Assembly (NCBI GenBank): GCA_002269645.1
Contig: NIVC01000085.1
Coordinates: 434,001 to 498,000, forward strand
Reading direction: 5' to 3'
Length of the DNA stretch: 64,000 bases
Origin: Macrostomum lignano
Taxonomy: Eukaryota
Positions 33,423-53,200 of this stretch are shown piece by piece. Made by a program: the position numbers and the translations under genes. The notes beneath the pieces are model-generated. The model did not search any database and had not been told where the DNA came from. It saw only the letters and a list, made by a program, of their open reading frames with translations. The number at the start of each line of letters is the position of its first letter. The first letter of the stretch is position 1.

Positions 33423-36400
33423 CTAGTTGGAGCCGCCAGATGCGCCGGGCAGTTGCTGATGTGCAGCCAAATTGAAGGCATCCAGTGCCGGATAGGCGCT
33501 CGCTTGAGCAACCGGTGGCTGCGGCTGCGGCTGCGACGGCTGCTGCAACTGCGCGTTGATGTGGGAAATCTGAGGATTGACTACGTCTGATTCCCTAAGC
33601 CGCTTTGCTTCTGGCTGATGGTCCAAATCATCTAAAAGTATAAGAAAAGAGCGATTAGCTTATAATATATTAGAAGATATAGCCAGATTGCGTTTAATAG
33701 ACTCTGGGACCGTAGTTTGAAATGACTCATTAAGCGACTTTTTCTAAATTAGAATCAGGCGGTTGCAGTATAAATTGTTTATAAAAATTTTAAAACCCAC
33801 AGTCCCTACCTGCAACTAACTAACAGGTACAGTACAATAAATAAGTAGAAGCAAGAATGCTTACACAAAAGGTCAACCAATACGTCATCAGGAACTTCAT
33901 CTGCATAGACATGCAGTAGCGCAGCTCGCGGATTTTCCACGATAAAACTGCGACTATCTTTAATATTATTCTTCTTATCAGTGATGACGAGCTGGCATTT
34001 TAGTCGCTCATTAGTGCTCTGGAATAGGTTGGTGAGGTCCGGCTTCTCGGCAACAATTAGGTGCTGAAAAATAGCGAGACAGATCAAGAATGAGAATTCA
34101 TTGAGTGTTCGATGAAGCTGATTTCTACTCGTAGCAATTATTCAGCCTCTCGATACTTCCCAAATAGGTACTTCCCAAACCCCAAAGCTTCCCTATCCGC
34201 AAACTTCCTCATCCCTAAGCTTACCGATACCTAAACTTCCCCGTCCCTTAACTTCCCCATCCTCAAACTTCCCTATCTCTAAACTTCCTGATCCCTAAAC
34301 TACCTGATCCTTAAGCTTCCTCATCCTCAAACTTCCCTATCTTTAAACTTCCTGATCCCTAAACTACCTGATCCTTAAGCTTCCTCATCCTCAAACTTCC
34401 CCATCCTCAAACTTCCCCATCCGGTAACTTCCCCATCTGGTAACTTCCCCATCCGGTAACTTCCCCATCCTCAAACTTCCTCATCCTCAAACTTCCCCAT
34501 CCGGTAACTTCCCCATCCCCAAACTTCCCCATCCGGTAACTTCCCCATCCTCAAACTTCCCCATCCGGTAACTTCCCCATCCGGTAACTTCCTCATCCTA
34601 AAACTTCCCCATCTGGTAACTTCCCCATCCGGTAACTTCCCCATCCGGTAACTTCCCCATCCTCAAACTTCCCCATCCGGTAACTTCCCCATCCGGTAAC
34701 TTCCCCATCCCCAAACTTCCCCATCCGGTAACTTCCCCATCCTCAAACTTCCCCATCGGTAACTTCCCCATCCGGTAACTTCCCCATCCGGTAACTTCCC
34801 CATCCGGTAACTTCCCCATCCGGTAACTTCCCCATCCCCAAACTTCCCCATCCGGTAACTTCCCCATCCTCAAACTTCCCCATCCGGTAACTTCCCCATC
34901 CGGTAACTTCCCCATCCGGTAACTTCCCCATCCCCAAACTTCCCCATCCGGTAACTTCCCCATCCTCAAACTTCCCCATCCGGTAACTTCCCCATCCGGT
35001 AACTTCCCCATCCCCAAACTTCCCCATCCTCAAACTTCCCATCCTCAAACTTCCCCATCCGGTAACTTCCCCATCCTCAAACTTCCCCATCCTCAAACTT
35101 CCCCATCCTCAAACCTCCCTACCCTAAAACTTCTCAGTCCGTAAGCATCTTATACTTCAATACCGATCCATAAGCATAAATAAGCAGACGTGTCGCATAC
35201 CTTTTTAGCCATTTTAATACGAAGCTCAGCCTCAAGGAAAGCCTCACTGTCGTGTTCGTTGTGATCTTCAACTAGGAACACAGAGAACTGGCTGCAGTCT
35301 GTGTCTGTGGGAGCACAAAATTAAATGCATTATTTAGTAAGTTTTACTTGAACTTCAGCTCATATATTAGTCTAACTTTTAATACTTAGGAAACGCCCCA
35401 GACTCCGAGACTGTAGAGTCGTATTTGAGGCATGTCCAAAGCGCATTTGCGTTACTTTATGAATTTTAGAATCGCATTTTCACATTTTTAACAACTCTAT
35501 TTGGGCTACTTGAGTTAGTAGAACTTTAAGCGCCAACACAACGGCTCCTGGACTACTTTTTAGCGACTATTTTTACAATTTATGCAACTCACCTGATGCT
35601 CTAGCGAACAAACATTCGCCTCTCCGTTACATTACAGTCGTTTGAGTCGTAAAAAAGTCACACGAGTCACCCCAGAGTCGCCTTAGTAACTTTTGAGTTG
35701 CTTGCAATGACTCTTTATCCATTGGCGGCAGAGACCACAGCCCTCCCCATATTGCGACTATCACTGTCTATTAAAAAAAGTTCTAAAACAAGCAATCAAC
35801 TTACGAGATAAAGGTGCATCAAAATAAAACCAGATATCGTGAGTGCCAGGCACTTCGGATGAGCTCGGGTGCAAATCGTACAGACCCAGCCGAGGCTCCT
35901 GCTCTGTAGGTAAACAAGAAGCAATTATTGATGGCTGTTATTAATGAGTCATATCTACATGTATACATGTGTATATATATTGATGTCAAGACTCTAGGGG
36001 AATTGCTGAGATGTCAAGACTCTAGGGGAATTGCTGAGATGTCAAGACTCTAGGGAGAATTGCTGAGCTGTCAAGACTCTAGGGAGAATTGCTGAGCTGT
36101 CAAGACTCTAGGGAGAATTGCTGAGCTGTCAAGACTCTAGGGGAATTGCTATAATGCTGTGGTGACTCTTGGGGGAATTGCTGAGATGTCAAGACTCTAG
36201 GGGAATTGCTATAATGCTGTGGTGACTCTTGGGGGAATTGCTGAGATGTCAAGACTCTAGGGGAATTGCTATAATGCTGTGACTCTTGAGGAGAATTGAT
36301 GGGATGTCAAGACTCTAGGGGAATTGCTATAATGCTGTGGTGACTCTTGGGGGAATTGCTGAGATGTCAAGACTCTAGGGGAATTGCTATAATGCTGTGA

Positions 36401-39313
36401 CTCTTGAGGAGAATTGATGGGATGTCAAGACTCTAGGGAATTGCTATAATGCTGTGGTGACTCTTGGGGAATTGCTGAGATGTCAAGACTCTAGGGGAAT
36501 TGCTATAATGCTGTGACTCTTGAGGAGAATTGCTGGGATGTCAAGACTCTAGGGGAATTGCTATAATGCTGTGGTGACTCTTGGGGGAATTGCTGAGATG
36601 TCAAGACTCTAGGGGAATTGCTATAATGCTGTGGTGACTCTAGGGGGAATTGCTGAGATGTCAAGACTCTAGGGGAATTCCTATAATGCCGTGGTGACTC
36701 TTGGGGGAATTGCTGAGATGTCAAGACTCTAGGGGAATTGCTATAATGCTGTGGTGACTCTTGGGGGAATTGCTGAGATGTCAAGACTCTAGGGAGAATT
36801 GCTGAGCTGTCAAGACTCTAGGGAGAATTGCTGAGCTGTCAAGACTCTAGGGGAATTGCTATAATGCTGTGGTGACTCTTGGGGGAATTGCTGAGATGTC
36901 AAGACTCTAGGGGAATTGCTATAATGCTGTGGTGACTCTTGGGGGAATTGCTGAGATGTCAAGACTCTAGGGGAATTGCTATAATGCTGTGACTCTTGAG
37001 GAGAATTGATGGGATGTCAAGACTCTAGGGGAATTGCTATAATGCTGTGGTGACTCTTGGGGGAATTGCTGAGCTGTCAAGACTCTAGGGGAATTGCTAT
37101 AATGCTGTGACTCTTGAGGAGAATTGCTGGGATGTCAAGACTCTAGGGGAATTGCTATAATGCTGTGGTGACTCTTGGGGGAATTGCTGAGATGTCAAGA
37201 CTCTAGGGGAATTGCTATAATGCTGTGGTGACTCTAGGGGGAATTGCTGAGATGTCAAGACTCTAGGCGAATTGCTATAATGCTGTGACTCTTGAGGAGA
37301 ATTGCTGAGATGTCAAGACTCTAGGGGAATTGCTATAATGCTGTGGTGACTCTAGGGGAATTGCTGAGATGTCAAGACTCTAGGGGAATTCCTATAATGC
37401 CGTGGTGACTCTAGGGGGAATTGCTGAGATGTCAAGACTCTAGGGGAATTGCTATAATGCTGTGACTCTTGAGGAGAATTGCTGAGATGTCAAGACTCTA
37501 GGGGAATTGCTATAATGCTGTGGTGACTCTAGGGGGAATTGCTGAGATGTCAAGACTCTAGGGGAATTGCTATAATGCTGTGGTGACTCTAGGGGGAATT
37601 GCTGAGATGTCAAGACTCTAGGGGAATTGCTATAATGCTGTGACTCTTGGGGAGAATCGCTGAGATGTCTCCAGAGCTCTAAGGCCAGAGCTCTCAGGGG
37701 GTGTTGGTATCTCAGGTACAGTAACCTTACTGTAATCATAGATCTCCTCTGAATAAACAGCGGCACTTGTAGGTGCTGTCACATCATTATAATCTGTGAC
37801 AAATATTTGAAAAGCCAATCGTAGCGGTTTCAAATTTCTAGCCGTATACATCGATGACATGCTTGTGAGATCCTCTGGAAAAAACACAGTAGAAAATTGT
37901 TTTCAATCCAGCGTTGAAAGTCTATTGACACGAAACAATATTTGAGTGAAAATTCTCACTATTAAACGGATTAAAGTTGATAGCCAGGCGTCTGTTCACC
38001 GCTTCTTGAAGCTTGTCTGGCGGCCGCAACAGGACGCACACTAGGGACACCTTTTCCAGTCTGAAATTTAATCAGCAAGCAAATATGAAATCATGATTAA
38101 TATTACAACCCTGATTCCTGCATTTACAGCTTTGATTCCTGCATTCACAGCTTTGATTCCTGCATTCACAGCTTTGATTCCTGCATTCACAGCTTTGATT
38201 CCTGAATTCACAGCTCTGATTCCTGAATTCACAGCTTTGATTCCTGCATTCACAGCTTTGATTCCTGCATTCACAGCTTTGATTCCTGAATTCACAGTTT
38301 TGATTCCTGCATTCACAGCTTTGATTCCTGCATTCACAGCTTTGATTCCTGCATTCACAGCTTTGATTCCTGCATTCACAGCTTTGATTCCTGCATTCAC
38401 AGCTTTGATTTCTGCATTCACAGCTTTGATTCCTGCATTCACAGCTTTGATTCCTGCATTCACAGCTTTGATTCCTGCATTCACAGTTTTGATTCCTGCA
38501 TTCACAGCTTTGATTCCTGCATTCACAGCTTTGATTCCTGCATTCACAGCTTTGATTTCTGCATTCACAGCTTTGATTCCTGCATTCACAGCTTTGATTC
38601 CTGCATTCACAGCTTTGATTCCTGCATTCACAGCTTTGATTCCTGCATTCACAGCTTTGATTTCTGCATTCACAGCTTTGATTTCTGCATTCACAGCTTT
38701 GATTCCTGCATTCACAGCTTTGATTTCTGCATTCACAGCTCTGATTCATGCATTCACATCCCTAATTCTCATATTCACAGCCCTGAATTCCCCATTCACA
38801 GACCCGATTCTCGTATTCACAGCCTTGATTCCCGTATTCACAGTCCTGATTCCTGCATTCACAGTCCTAATTCCCATATTTACCGCCCTGATTTTCCCAT
38901 TAACCTAAACACAATGGACCATTCACTAAAATACAAGACAGTCGCTTAAGGTACAGCAGACATATTTCTACAAAACATTCACACTTTGATATTTCCATAA
39001 CTTACGAAATTTCAAATTCAGTTTTCCCCCCAAGCGAATCTGTGTCTTTCTTTAATTGAAATGTGCCACTGCGACAGTCGTCACCGACCATGAAGAATGG
39101 ATGCGGATAGAGGTCTGGACTGACGGTGCCACCAATAACAGTCACAGACTTCTGCATCAGAGGATCGATGTTGGACACTCTGACTCTAACGCAGCTCTTC
39201 TCGCTGCGACCGTACAGCAGACCGCCAAGTTTACCACCGGACACTTCTTTTTCATACCGGAATCTGTGATATCTGGTTGGCTGTTCCAATATTTCAATGC
39301 TTAGACTGGTCAT
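33423..39313 (-). CDS. Rel/NF-kB-like RHD-IPT gene B (~385 aa)
   Basis: Exons 39006-39313 (LEQPTRYHRFRYEKE...HPFFMVGDDC), 37960-38060 (LEKVSLVCV...INFNPFN), 37731-37874 (LRLAFQI...SEEIYD), 35805-35903 (HDIWFYFDAPL), 35201-35298, 33865-34063 (HLIVAEKP) and 33423-33631 (AKRLR, Q/P-rich tail, stop TAG). All GT-AG and in frame. Confidence 0.9.
34165..35130. repeat. 16-bp minisatellite (AACTTCCCCATCCGGT/AAACTTCCCCATCCTC) in intron 5 of gene B
   Basis: Tandem units. Confidence 0.95.
35440..35740. mobile_element. Dispersed repeat copy in intron 4 of gene B
   Basis: GCGCATTTGCGTTACTTTATGAAT...TAACAACTCTATT...GAGTTAGTAGAAC...AAGCGCCAACACAACGGCTC matches 42591-42810 and 29820-29975. Confidence 0.65.
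35982..37670. repeat. Composite ~28/33-bp higher-order minisatellite (GATGTCAAGACTCTAGGGGAATTGCT...) in intron 3 of gene B
   Basis: Two alternating related subunits. Confidence 0.95.
38112..38900. repeat. 21-bp minisatellite (ATTCCTGCATTCACAGCTTTG) in intron 1 of gene B
   Basis: Tandem units; source of the spurious repetitive ORFs in the track. Confidence 0.96.
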
Positions 39314-39437
39314 TGAGCTGTAAAAATAGACAGATTCTTATTGTATGCCTTTTGCCTGCCTTTTCATATTGAACCCATTGTTAGGGAAAATGCTAAATTA
39401 ACTATATTGTAAATGCACACATATTAATGCCGCTCAT

Positions 39438-39848
39438 TTGGGGTGGTGGGGTTGGCCAGTGTGCAGACACAAGGGGTGGTGGGGTTGGCCAGTGTGCAGA
39501 CACAAGGGGTGGTGGGGTTGGCCAGTGTACAGACACAAGGGGTGGTGGGGTTGGCCAGTGTGCAGACACAAGGGGTGGTGGGGTTGGCCAGTGTACAGAC
39601 ACAAGGGGTGGTGGGGTTGGCCAGTGTACAGACACAAGGGGTGGTGGGGTTGGCCAGTGTGCAGACACAAGGGGTGGTGGGGTTGGCCAGTGTACAGACA
39701 CAAGGGGTGGTGGGGTTGGCCAGTGTACAGACACAAGGGTGGTGGGGTTGGCCAGTGTACAGACACAAGGGGTGGTGGGGTTGGCCAGTGTACAGACACA
39801 AGGGGTGGTGGAGTTGGCCAGTGTGCAGACACAAGTGGTGGTGGGGTG
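39438..39848. repeat. 33-bp G-rich minisatellite (GGGGTGGTGGGGTTGGCCAGTGTGCAGACACAA) upstream of gene B
   Basis: About 12 units. Confidence 0.96.
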
Positions 39849-40504
39849 GCCCTCATATCATACCATACTAAACAATCTTTATAATTAGAATTTTATATTT
39901 AAATTCCTTGATTGATATAACTCTGAATTCAGCACATGTGCCTGTGCTTAACGTATGGCACTAAATTAAGACAGTTATAATGTAACAACAAAACGATTTT
40001 CGCAATTATTCTAATAACTAGTCGAATAACAGCATTACAGCATTAACAATACTCGTATGTAAAGGTACCTCTTCATTAATGTATTATACGTACATTAAGA
40101 CTTATTAGTCTTGAATTCATGGAAAATACGGTTGTATAAAAACGGAATTGAAACAATGACATTGTCATTCTCAACATTAAAAAGTTCCGCTACAATTACA
40201 CGGACCTTGGCGTGTTGATTGACAGATCGAATAATGATAAATTACAATGATTTACGATGAAACGTAAGTTACGAAAAAATCAATTTCAAGCAGAGCGTAT
40301 TGACAGTAGTATATGCGATATATTAAAATTTACCTAATTTGACTTATTAATAAATTAAAAAGGGTGACAATAGAAGCTGCAGGTAATACATTAATTACTC
40401 CCTAATAAGACAAGTGCCAAACTGTTAGGTCAATGGCGGTAAACAAAGACACAATAGCAAAGCTTGGATTTAGGAATTACTCAATAATTCCAAAACAGCT
40501 CATA

Positions 40505-40700
40505 GGGGCGTAGTAGCCTAGGGGTTAGAGCATCGGACTCACGACTTGAAGGTCGGGGGCTCGATTCCCGATTTCACTCGTAACTTTGCATTGCTTCACC
40601 CAGTTGTAAAATGGGTGCCAGCATTAGCTGGGGTAATTGAGGGTCCTTGGACGAGCAATAGCTGCGGCTGAGCTGTTAATAAACACTCATAAACACACAG
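40505..40700 (+). mobile_element. tRNA-derived SINE just downstream of the gene A stop codon (antisense)
   Basis: A-box-like TAGCCTAGGGG, GGACTCACGAC, B-box-like GGCTCGATTCC; body shared with 26946-27200. Confidence 0.78.
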
Positions 40701-40733
40701 ATTGACACCTGAGAAAAGCTTTTATATTAATAA

Positions 40734-46389
<5,656 letters not shown>

Positions 46390-46544
46390 GGTGCTGGTTG
46401 GACTGGGATCAATAAGAGGACGTTTTATGACGAGATGAGCCACTTACTGCGCACTATATCAAAATTTTCAGCAGCATTGCAGAATCAGAATTCAAAGCTG
46501 AAAAAATAGTTCGGTGCTGGATTAACTGCTAACTTTATAACCAC

Positions 46545-47640
46545 TTACTCAATACTACTTACTGATTCAAAAAAGTTACTGAATACTACTCACTGAATAC
46601 TACTCATTAAATACTACCTATCTGTACTCAACATTATTTGCTTAATTAACTACTCACAATACTACTCACTCAATACTACTAACTGAATGCTACTCACTCA
46701 ATACTACTAACTGAATGCTACTCACTCAATACTACTAACTGAATACTACTCACTCAATACTACTAACTGAATACTACTCACTCAATACTACTAACTGAAT
46801 ACTACTCACTCAATACTACTAATTGAATACTACTCACTCAATACTACTAACTGAATACTACTCACTCAATGCTACTAACTGAATACTACTCACCCAATGC
46901 TACTAACTGAATGAAACTCACTCAATGCTACTAACTGAATACTACTCACCCAATGCTACTAACTGAATACTACTCACTCAATGCTACTAACTGAATACTA
47001 CTCACCCAATGCTACTAACTGAATGAAACTCACTCAATGCTACTAACTGAATACTACTCACCCAATGCTACTAACTGAATACTACTCACTCAATGCTACT
47101 AACTGAATACTACTCACCCAATGCTACTAACTGAATGAAACTCACTCAATGCTACTAACTGAATACTACTCACCCAATGCTACTAACTGAATACTACTCA
47201 CTCAATGCTACTAACTGAATACTACTCACTCAATGCTACTAACTGAATACTACTCACTCAATACTACTAATTGAATACTACTCACTCAATGCTACTAACT
47301 GAATACTACTCACTCAATGCTACTAACTGAATACTACTCACTCAATGCTACTAACTGAATGCTACTCACCCAATGCTACTAACTGAATACTACTCACTCA
47401 ATGCTACTAACTGAATACTACTCACTCAATACTACTAATTGAATACTACTCACTCAATACTACTAACTGAATACTACTCACTCAATACTACTAATTGAAT
47501 ACTACTCACTCAATACTACTTACTGAATACTACTCACTCAATGCTACTTACTCAACACTACTCACTCAATACTACTAACTGAATGAAACTCACTCAATAC
47601 TACTCACTTAATACCGCATACTACTACTCACGTACTACTG
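46545..47640. repeat. 28-bp minisatellite (TACTACTCACTCAATACTACTAACTGAA) upstream of gene A
   Basis: Tandem units. Confidence 0.96.
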
Positions 47641-49214
47641 CACAAAAACTTTTAATCAAGAAATCACTAGCGCTTTAATCTTCATTAAAACTATAAAAAG
47701 TAGAATAAATTAACAAATCACTAAATAATACACAGTTTTGTAAATTAATAGTTTTAAAAATTTAGCAGAAAAAAGAACTGCACAAAAGCCGGATTTTTTG
47801 CTTTTAGCTTTCATGGATAAAATTTAAAGCAACAACAACATATTTTAGCCAGATTAGCAAGGCATAAAAATTTACAGACATAGAGACATACTAAAGCGAT
47901 AAACTATTATTAATTTATAATAGAAGACTTTAATGGCGATATTCATAACAAAAACAAATAACTGCAATTTGTTATAATTAAATACCAATATATAAACTTT
48001 AGTGTTTGAGTAATATATTTTGCATTAAAAATTATTAAATATAAAAAAACACAAACTGATTTGCATAAATACTACTGACAGTAGCGAGAAAATGTGGACA
48101 AATTTGAAGCAGCAGTACAGTTTAGAAAATTCTTTGTCAATTGAATATGGCGAACACACCAGTTGTGAAAAGCATGCAGATGAAGCAACAGTTTATAATA
48201 AACAAACCATGAATATCATAGATAAACCTTTGTTATTTACAGCAGATAAAGCTGTCCAAATATTGCACTGAATTTGGTGAAAAATATTATTTTTAATTCA
48301 ACATATAGAAGTATAGAGATTAAATAAATTCGATAAAAAACACACAACAAAAATTTGAGTATTCGAAAATCGATATTGCTGTAACAGCAGACAGGCAGCT
48401 TAGGTTAGATAGATAAAATAAAATAGCAACAGTCCGTGTACATCAGATTAGAGCAGATTGAGTAAGGATTGAGAAGGCCTTTTGAGTAGTTCTTAATGAC
48501 TAGACATAATTTAACAGCTTAATATATGCATAAATAAGATCTAAAAAACTTTCAATTTTTATAGAAGCAAGCGCAAAATAATGGTAATATACGCACGTGT
48601 ATTTAGTTACTATTAGTAGTACTATTTAATAGTATATTTGGCTTAAAAGCAACAAAAGCACTAATAGCATAATTTATTACAAAAGAAAAATTCTTTTAAC
48701 CCAATCTATATTGTTATCAAAAGCAATGTCAAAGGAAGACAAAAATTACTAAAATTAAACTATAAATTTATGAAATATTAGCAAACTCTTATGGGATTGC
48801 ATGCGGAATTAACGTAGCTAGCCTTACTATTCAAGGCAAAAATAAATAAATAATTAGAGTTTATCATTTTCGTGAGTAATTAAACAGGAAAAATACTTTC
48901 AAACATGATTGTCGTTTAAAATGATATATAGGTATAATATTTAACACAGAACGGAATTGCGTTAATAAGTTTTTCTACTCTTATTGATTACTTGTTTATT
49001 ACGATTCAGATGTACCATAAACTTATTGTCAAATTGATTTGATAGGTATTATTTAAAATCTAATTCCGATTTTCAACTTAATAATCAAATTATTAATTAA
49101 TAGCCAGAGTTCCCACTATAAATTATAATTAGTTTGCCTTGGGCACAAAGATTTCGTAAGCCAATGAATTCGATTGTACAAAAATCCATTGCTAGTGACT
49201 CGGTGATCCAGGCA

Positions 49215-49335
49215 ATCAATCAATTAATCAAACAATCAGCCTATCAATTAATCAATCAATCAAACAATCAACTAACCAATCAATCAATCAGCCAATCAAT
49301 CAGTTAACAAATCAATCAATCAATTAAACAATCAG

Positions 49336-49371
<36 letters not shown>

Positions 49372-49400
49372 CCAACCAATCAATCAATCAATCAATAAAC

Positions 49401-49442
<42 letters not shown>

Positions 49443-49595
49443 GCCAATAAGTCAATCAATCAACCAATCAATTAATCAATCAATAAGCCAATCAATTATT
49501 CAATCAATCAATCAATCAATCAGCCAATAAGTCAATCAATCAACGAATCAATTAATCAATCAATAAGCCAATCAATCAATCAATCAATCAATCAG

Positions 49596-49635
<40 letters not shown>

Positions 49636-49671
49636 GCAATCAATCAATCAGCCAATCAATCAATCAATAAG

Positions 49672-49718
<47 letters not shown>

Positions 49719-49790
49719 GCCAATCAATCAATCAATCAATCAATCAGCCAATCAATCAATCAATCAATTAATCCATCAATCAATCAATCG
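49215..49790. repeat. (CAAT)n-type microsatellite immediately after the Abl stop
   Basis: Direct repeat. Confidence 0.95.
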
Positions 49791-49794
49791 CCAT

Positions 49795-50181
49795 TCACCG
49801 CTTCAACAGCTGCTGCAGCTCTGTAAAATCGGCCCTCAACGATTCCAGCATCGCCGGCACGCCGACATCCTCAGGCGACTCGATGCCTCGCCGACGAAAC
49901 TCGACCAGCCGGTCAGACAGGCAGCCGTCAGCCTGTTGACTGGCCGAGCCGCCGCAGGCAACCAACAAGCGATTGAGCCAATCGGGCATACCCGAGCTGC
50001 TGCTTCGGCTGAGCTGCTCCTGCTGCAGGGCGTAGCAAGCCAGCAGTTTGATGCCGGCACTGGCTTGATCGCTCAGCTCTCTGACATCGGCCGCTGTCAG
50101 AGGGAACAGGCCCAGAAGGAAGTCGCAACCGCAGATTAATTCGTTAATACTGGTTAGAACTTCTTCTCTAGTTGGAGAGGC

Positions 50182-50248
<67 letters not shown>

Positions 50249-53200
50249 GATTTCGAAGGCTGGGTAGGCAGAGGCTTTAACTGCTGATCAATCGATGAAG
50301 AAGCTGACGAAGTTGAAGCTCTTTGCTGCGGATGCTGATGATGATGCTTGCGACGACGCTGGGGTTTACCGTTACCTGTAGCAGTGGAGGTGCCTGCATT
50401 GCTGGTAAAGGCTGTCCAAGACCTTCTCTGCTGTTGCTGCTGTTGCTGCTGCTGCTGCTGCTGGCTGGACAGATCTTCCGTCAAAGACTGGCGGAGCTGC
50501 TGCTGCTGCTGCTGATGCTGCTGCAAATGCGACGAAACCTGGCGAATACCAATCGGAGGACTCGATTGGCAGGCAACGGCCGTTTTCATTGGCTGAGGCG
50601 GCTGACGATGCAGCGACTCCCTAGACGACGTGTTGGACTCGGAGCTGCCTCCGGTGTCGCTGGGAGTCGCCGTTGCGCCGCCGCTGCCGCCGCCGCCCAG
50701 CTGACCTCGCCGGTGACGATGATGTCGATGGCGGCGCCGCTGCCGTTGCTGCGACAGTCGCTGGTGTTGCTGAAGCCACGAAGCCGACGATGCCGCGTCG
50801 CTATCGTTGCTATGGTGATGATGATTGTTAGAGTCCATGGCAACCGCAGCGGCGGAGGAGGACGGAGCATCAACTGGAGTGCTGACGCTTCTCATGTGAG
50901 CGACTGCTGCAGTGGAGGACGCGGAATTGTCGTGCGCTGCTGCCGAGGCTGCGGTTGCCAAGCTGAGGGATGGCCTCATTATCAGCATGTTATTCATTAG
51001 CCTAGGCGGATGCTGAGACTGGGAAGCAGATGAAGCTGACGTTGGTAGGCGCTTGCTGACGCCTACGAGGAGGTGAGGTGGTATTAGGTGATAGTGGTTA
51101 TATTCCATGGTTATATTCTATGATTATATTTTATGATTATATTCCATGGTTATATTCAATGATTATATTTTATGATTATATTCCATGGTTATATTCCATG
51201 ATTATATTCTATGATTATATTCTATGGTTATATTCTATGATTATATTCTATGATTATATTCTATGATTATATTCTATGATTATATTCCATGGTTATATTC
51301 TATGATTATATTCCATGGTTATATTCTACGATTATATTCCAGGGTGTTATTCTATGGTTAATTGATTATCATTTGTGCTTCTATTTTATGACACATGCGG
51401 CCGGCCCGCAAAGTCTCTCTTATCCGGCCCTCGGGTCCTTTGAAACTTCAGCTCAAGGTTTGTGTCTCTTCTCAACTCGCTTCTCTCACCCCTCTCCCCC
51501 TCGTCTCATATCTCATCTTTTTCCTCTCGCAAAAACAGCGCTTACCAGGGCAGGTCACAATCGAAGTCTGCTGAATCGTTGATCCTCCACCGCCGCGTCG
51601 CCTTCGAGTTGGCGCCGAGCTCGGGTGCTGCCCACCGCCACCGCTGCCTGCGGTGTTCGTCGAAGAACCTCCAACTCCGGTGGCACCACCTGAATTGTCC
51701 AATTCCTCATCAAGCGTGGGAGTTCTCCGATGCTGCTGCTGCTGCTGCTGCAAATCAAATCTTCGACTCCGATTGGAGCTGCAGGTGGAGCCGCTGTGGT
51801 GGCTGGCGACATCGTCTGCCGGATTGCTGTTGGAGCCCGCCGAGGCCACCGCTGCGCGAGGGGATTTAGGGGACGGATTACAGGGATAGCATCGTTTTTA
51901 GAGGTTAGATAATTATGATCCGTATGCTCATGATATGGGTCATTTGGTGTGTGGGTCATAGGATATTTGGGTCAAGGGTCACAACGTCAAAGGATGGTTA
52001 AGGTCATTGTATATTTGTGTTGCAAGATTTTCCGGTCATAAGATATTGGGTCATGAATTGGATCAGAAGATATTTTGGTCATGGAGTATAATATTAAGGT
52101 CATTGAATATTTTTCGATCATGGAATGTTTAAGACATGAGATTTTGAGTCGAGGATTGGCCATAATATTTGGATCATAAGATATTGGTCATCGACTATTT
52201 GGGTCATAAATTGGGTCATACAATATTTGAGTCATAGATTCGGTCATGGGATATACAGGCTCTGGAAAAACATTACAACAGAAAAATGAAAATGAAACAA
52301 AATCCAATGCAATAAATCTATTTGCATTATCAGTAAAATTAAGCCACAAAATACCTCTAATTAACTAAAATTGGGTTTAAACAACATATTGCTAAACTAT
52401 AGAAACAATTATTTAAAAAGCCAATGAAGGAGCAACACTGACACAAAATCAAAATATAGGAATTAAAGGGATTAGACTAGTAATCTTATAAAAAGGCGTT
52501 GGCCAGTACTTGACAGGGGCTTGGCCTGGGCGCCAGTGGTACACAGGTACATGGCTGATGGGGCGTCAGTCTGTAGACAGCAGCTGACTTTGGTAACGCC
52601 GCTGGAAGACGGGGGCGCCTCAGCGATCTGCAACGACTGCTGCTGCAGCTCCTGCAACTGCAGCTCCAGAGCTGCGATGTCTGCGAAATTGAAATGCATA
52701 CTTAGCCACATTTTCCCAGGTTCAATAATCTGATACTGGCATGCATTATTAAAAATATGGCTTTATTTAACAAAATAATCACCATAGATCTAGTAGCCGT
52801 GATCACCAACAGGGGAATTCCCTTGAATTGTCCACCAACAGGGGAATTTCCCTGAGTTGTCCATCAACAGGAGAATTTCCCTGAATTGTCCACCAACAGG
52901 GGAATTTCCCTGAATTGTCCACCAACAGGGGAATTTCCCTGAATTGTCCATCAACAGGAGAATTTCCCTGAATTGTCCACCAACAGGGGAATTTCCCTGA
53001 ATTGTCCATCAACAGGAGAATTTCCCTGAATTGTCCACCAACAGGGGAATTCCTCTGAATTGTCCATCAACAGGGGAATTTCTCTAAATTTTCCACCAAC
53101 AGGAGAATTTCCCTGAACTGTCCACCAACAGGAGAATTTCTCTAAATTTTCCACCAACAGGAGAATTTCCCTGAATTGTCCATCAACAGGGGAATTCCCC

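Noticed and set aside
49836-51959. Antisense and alternate-frame ORFs over Abl tail exons (e.g. 50323-51000 +)
   Set aside because: Shadows of GC-rich, CAG-rich coding sequence.
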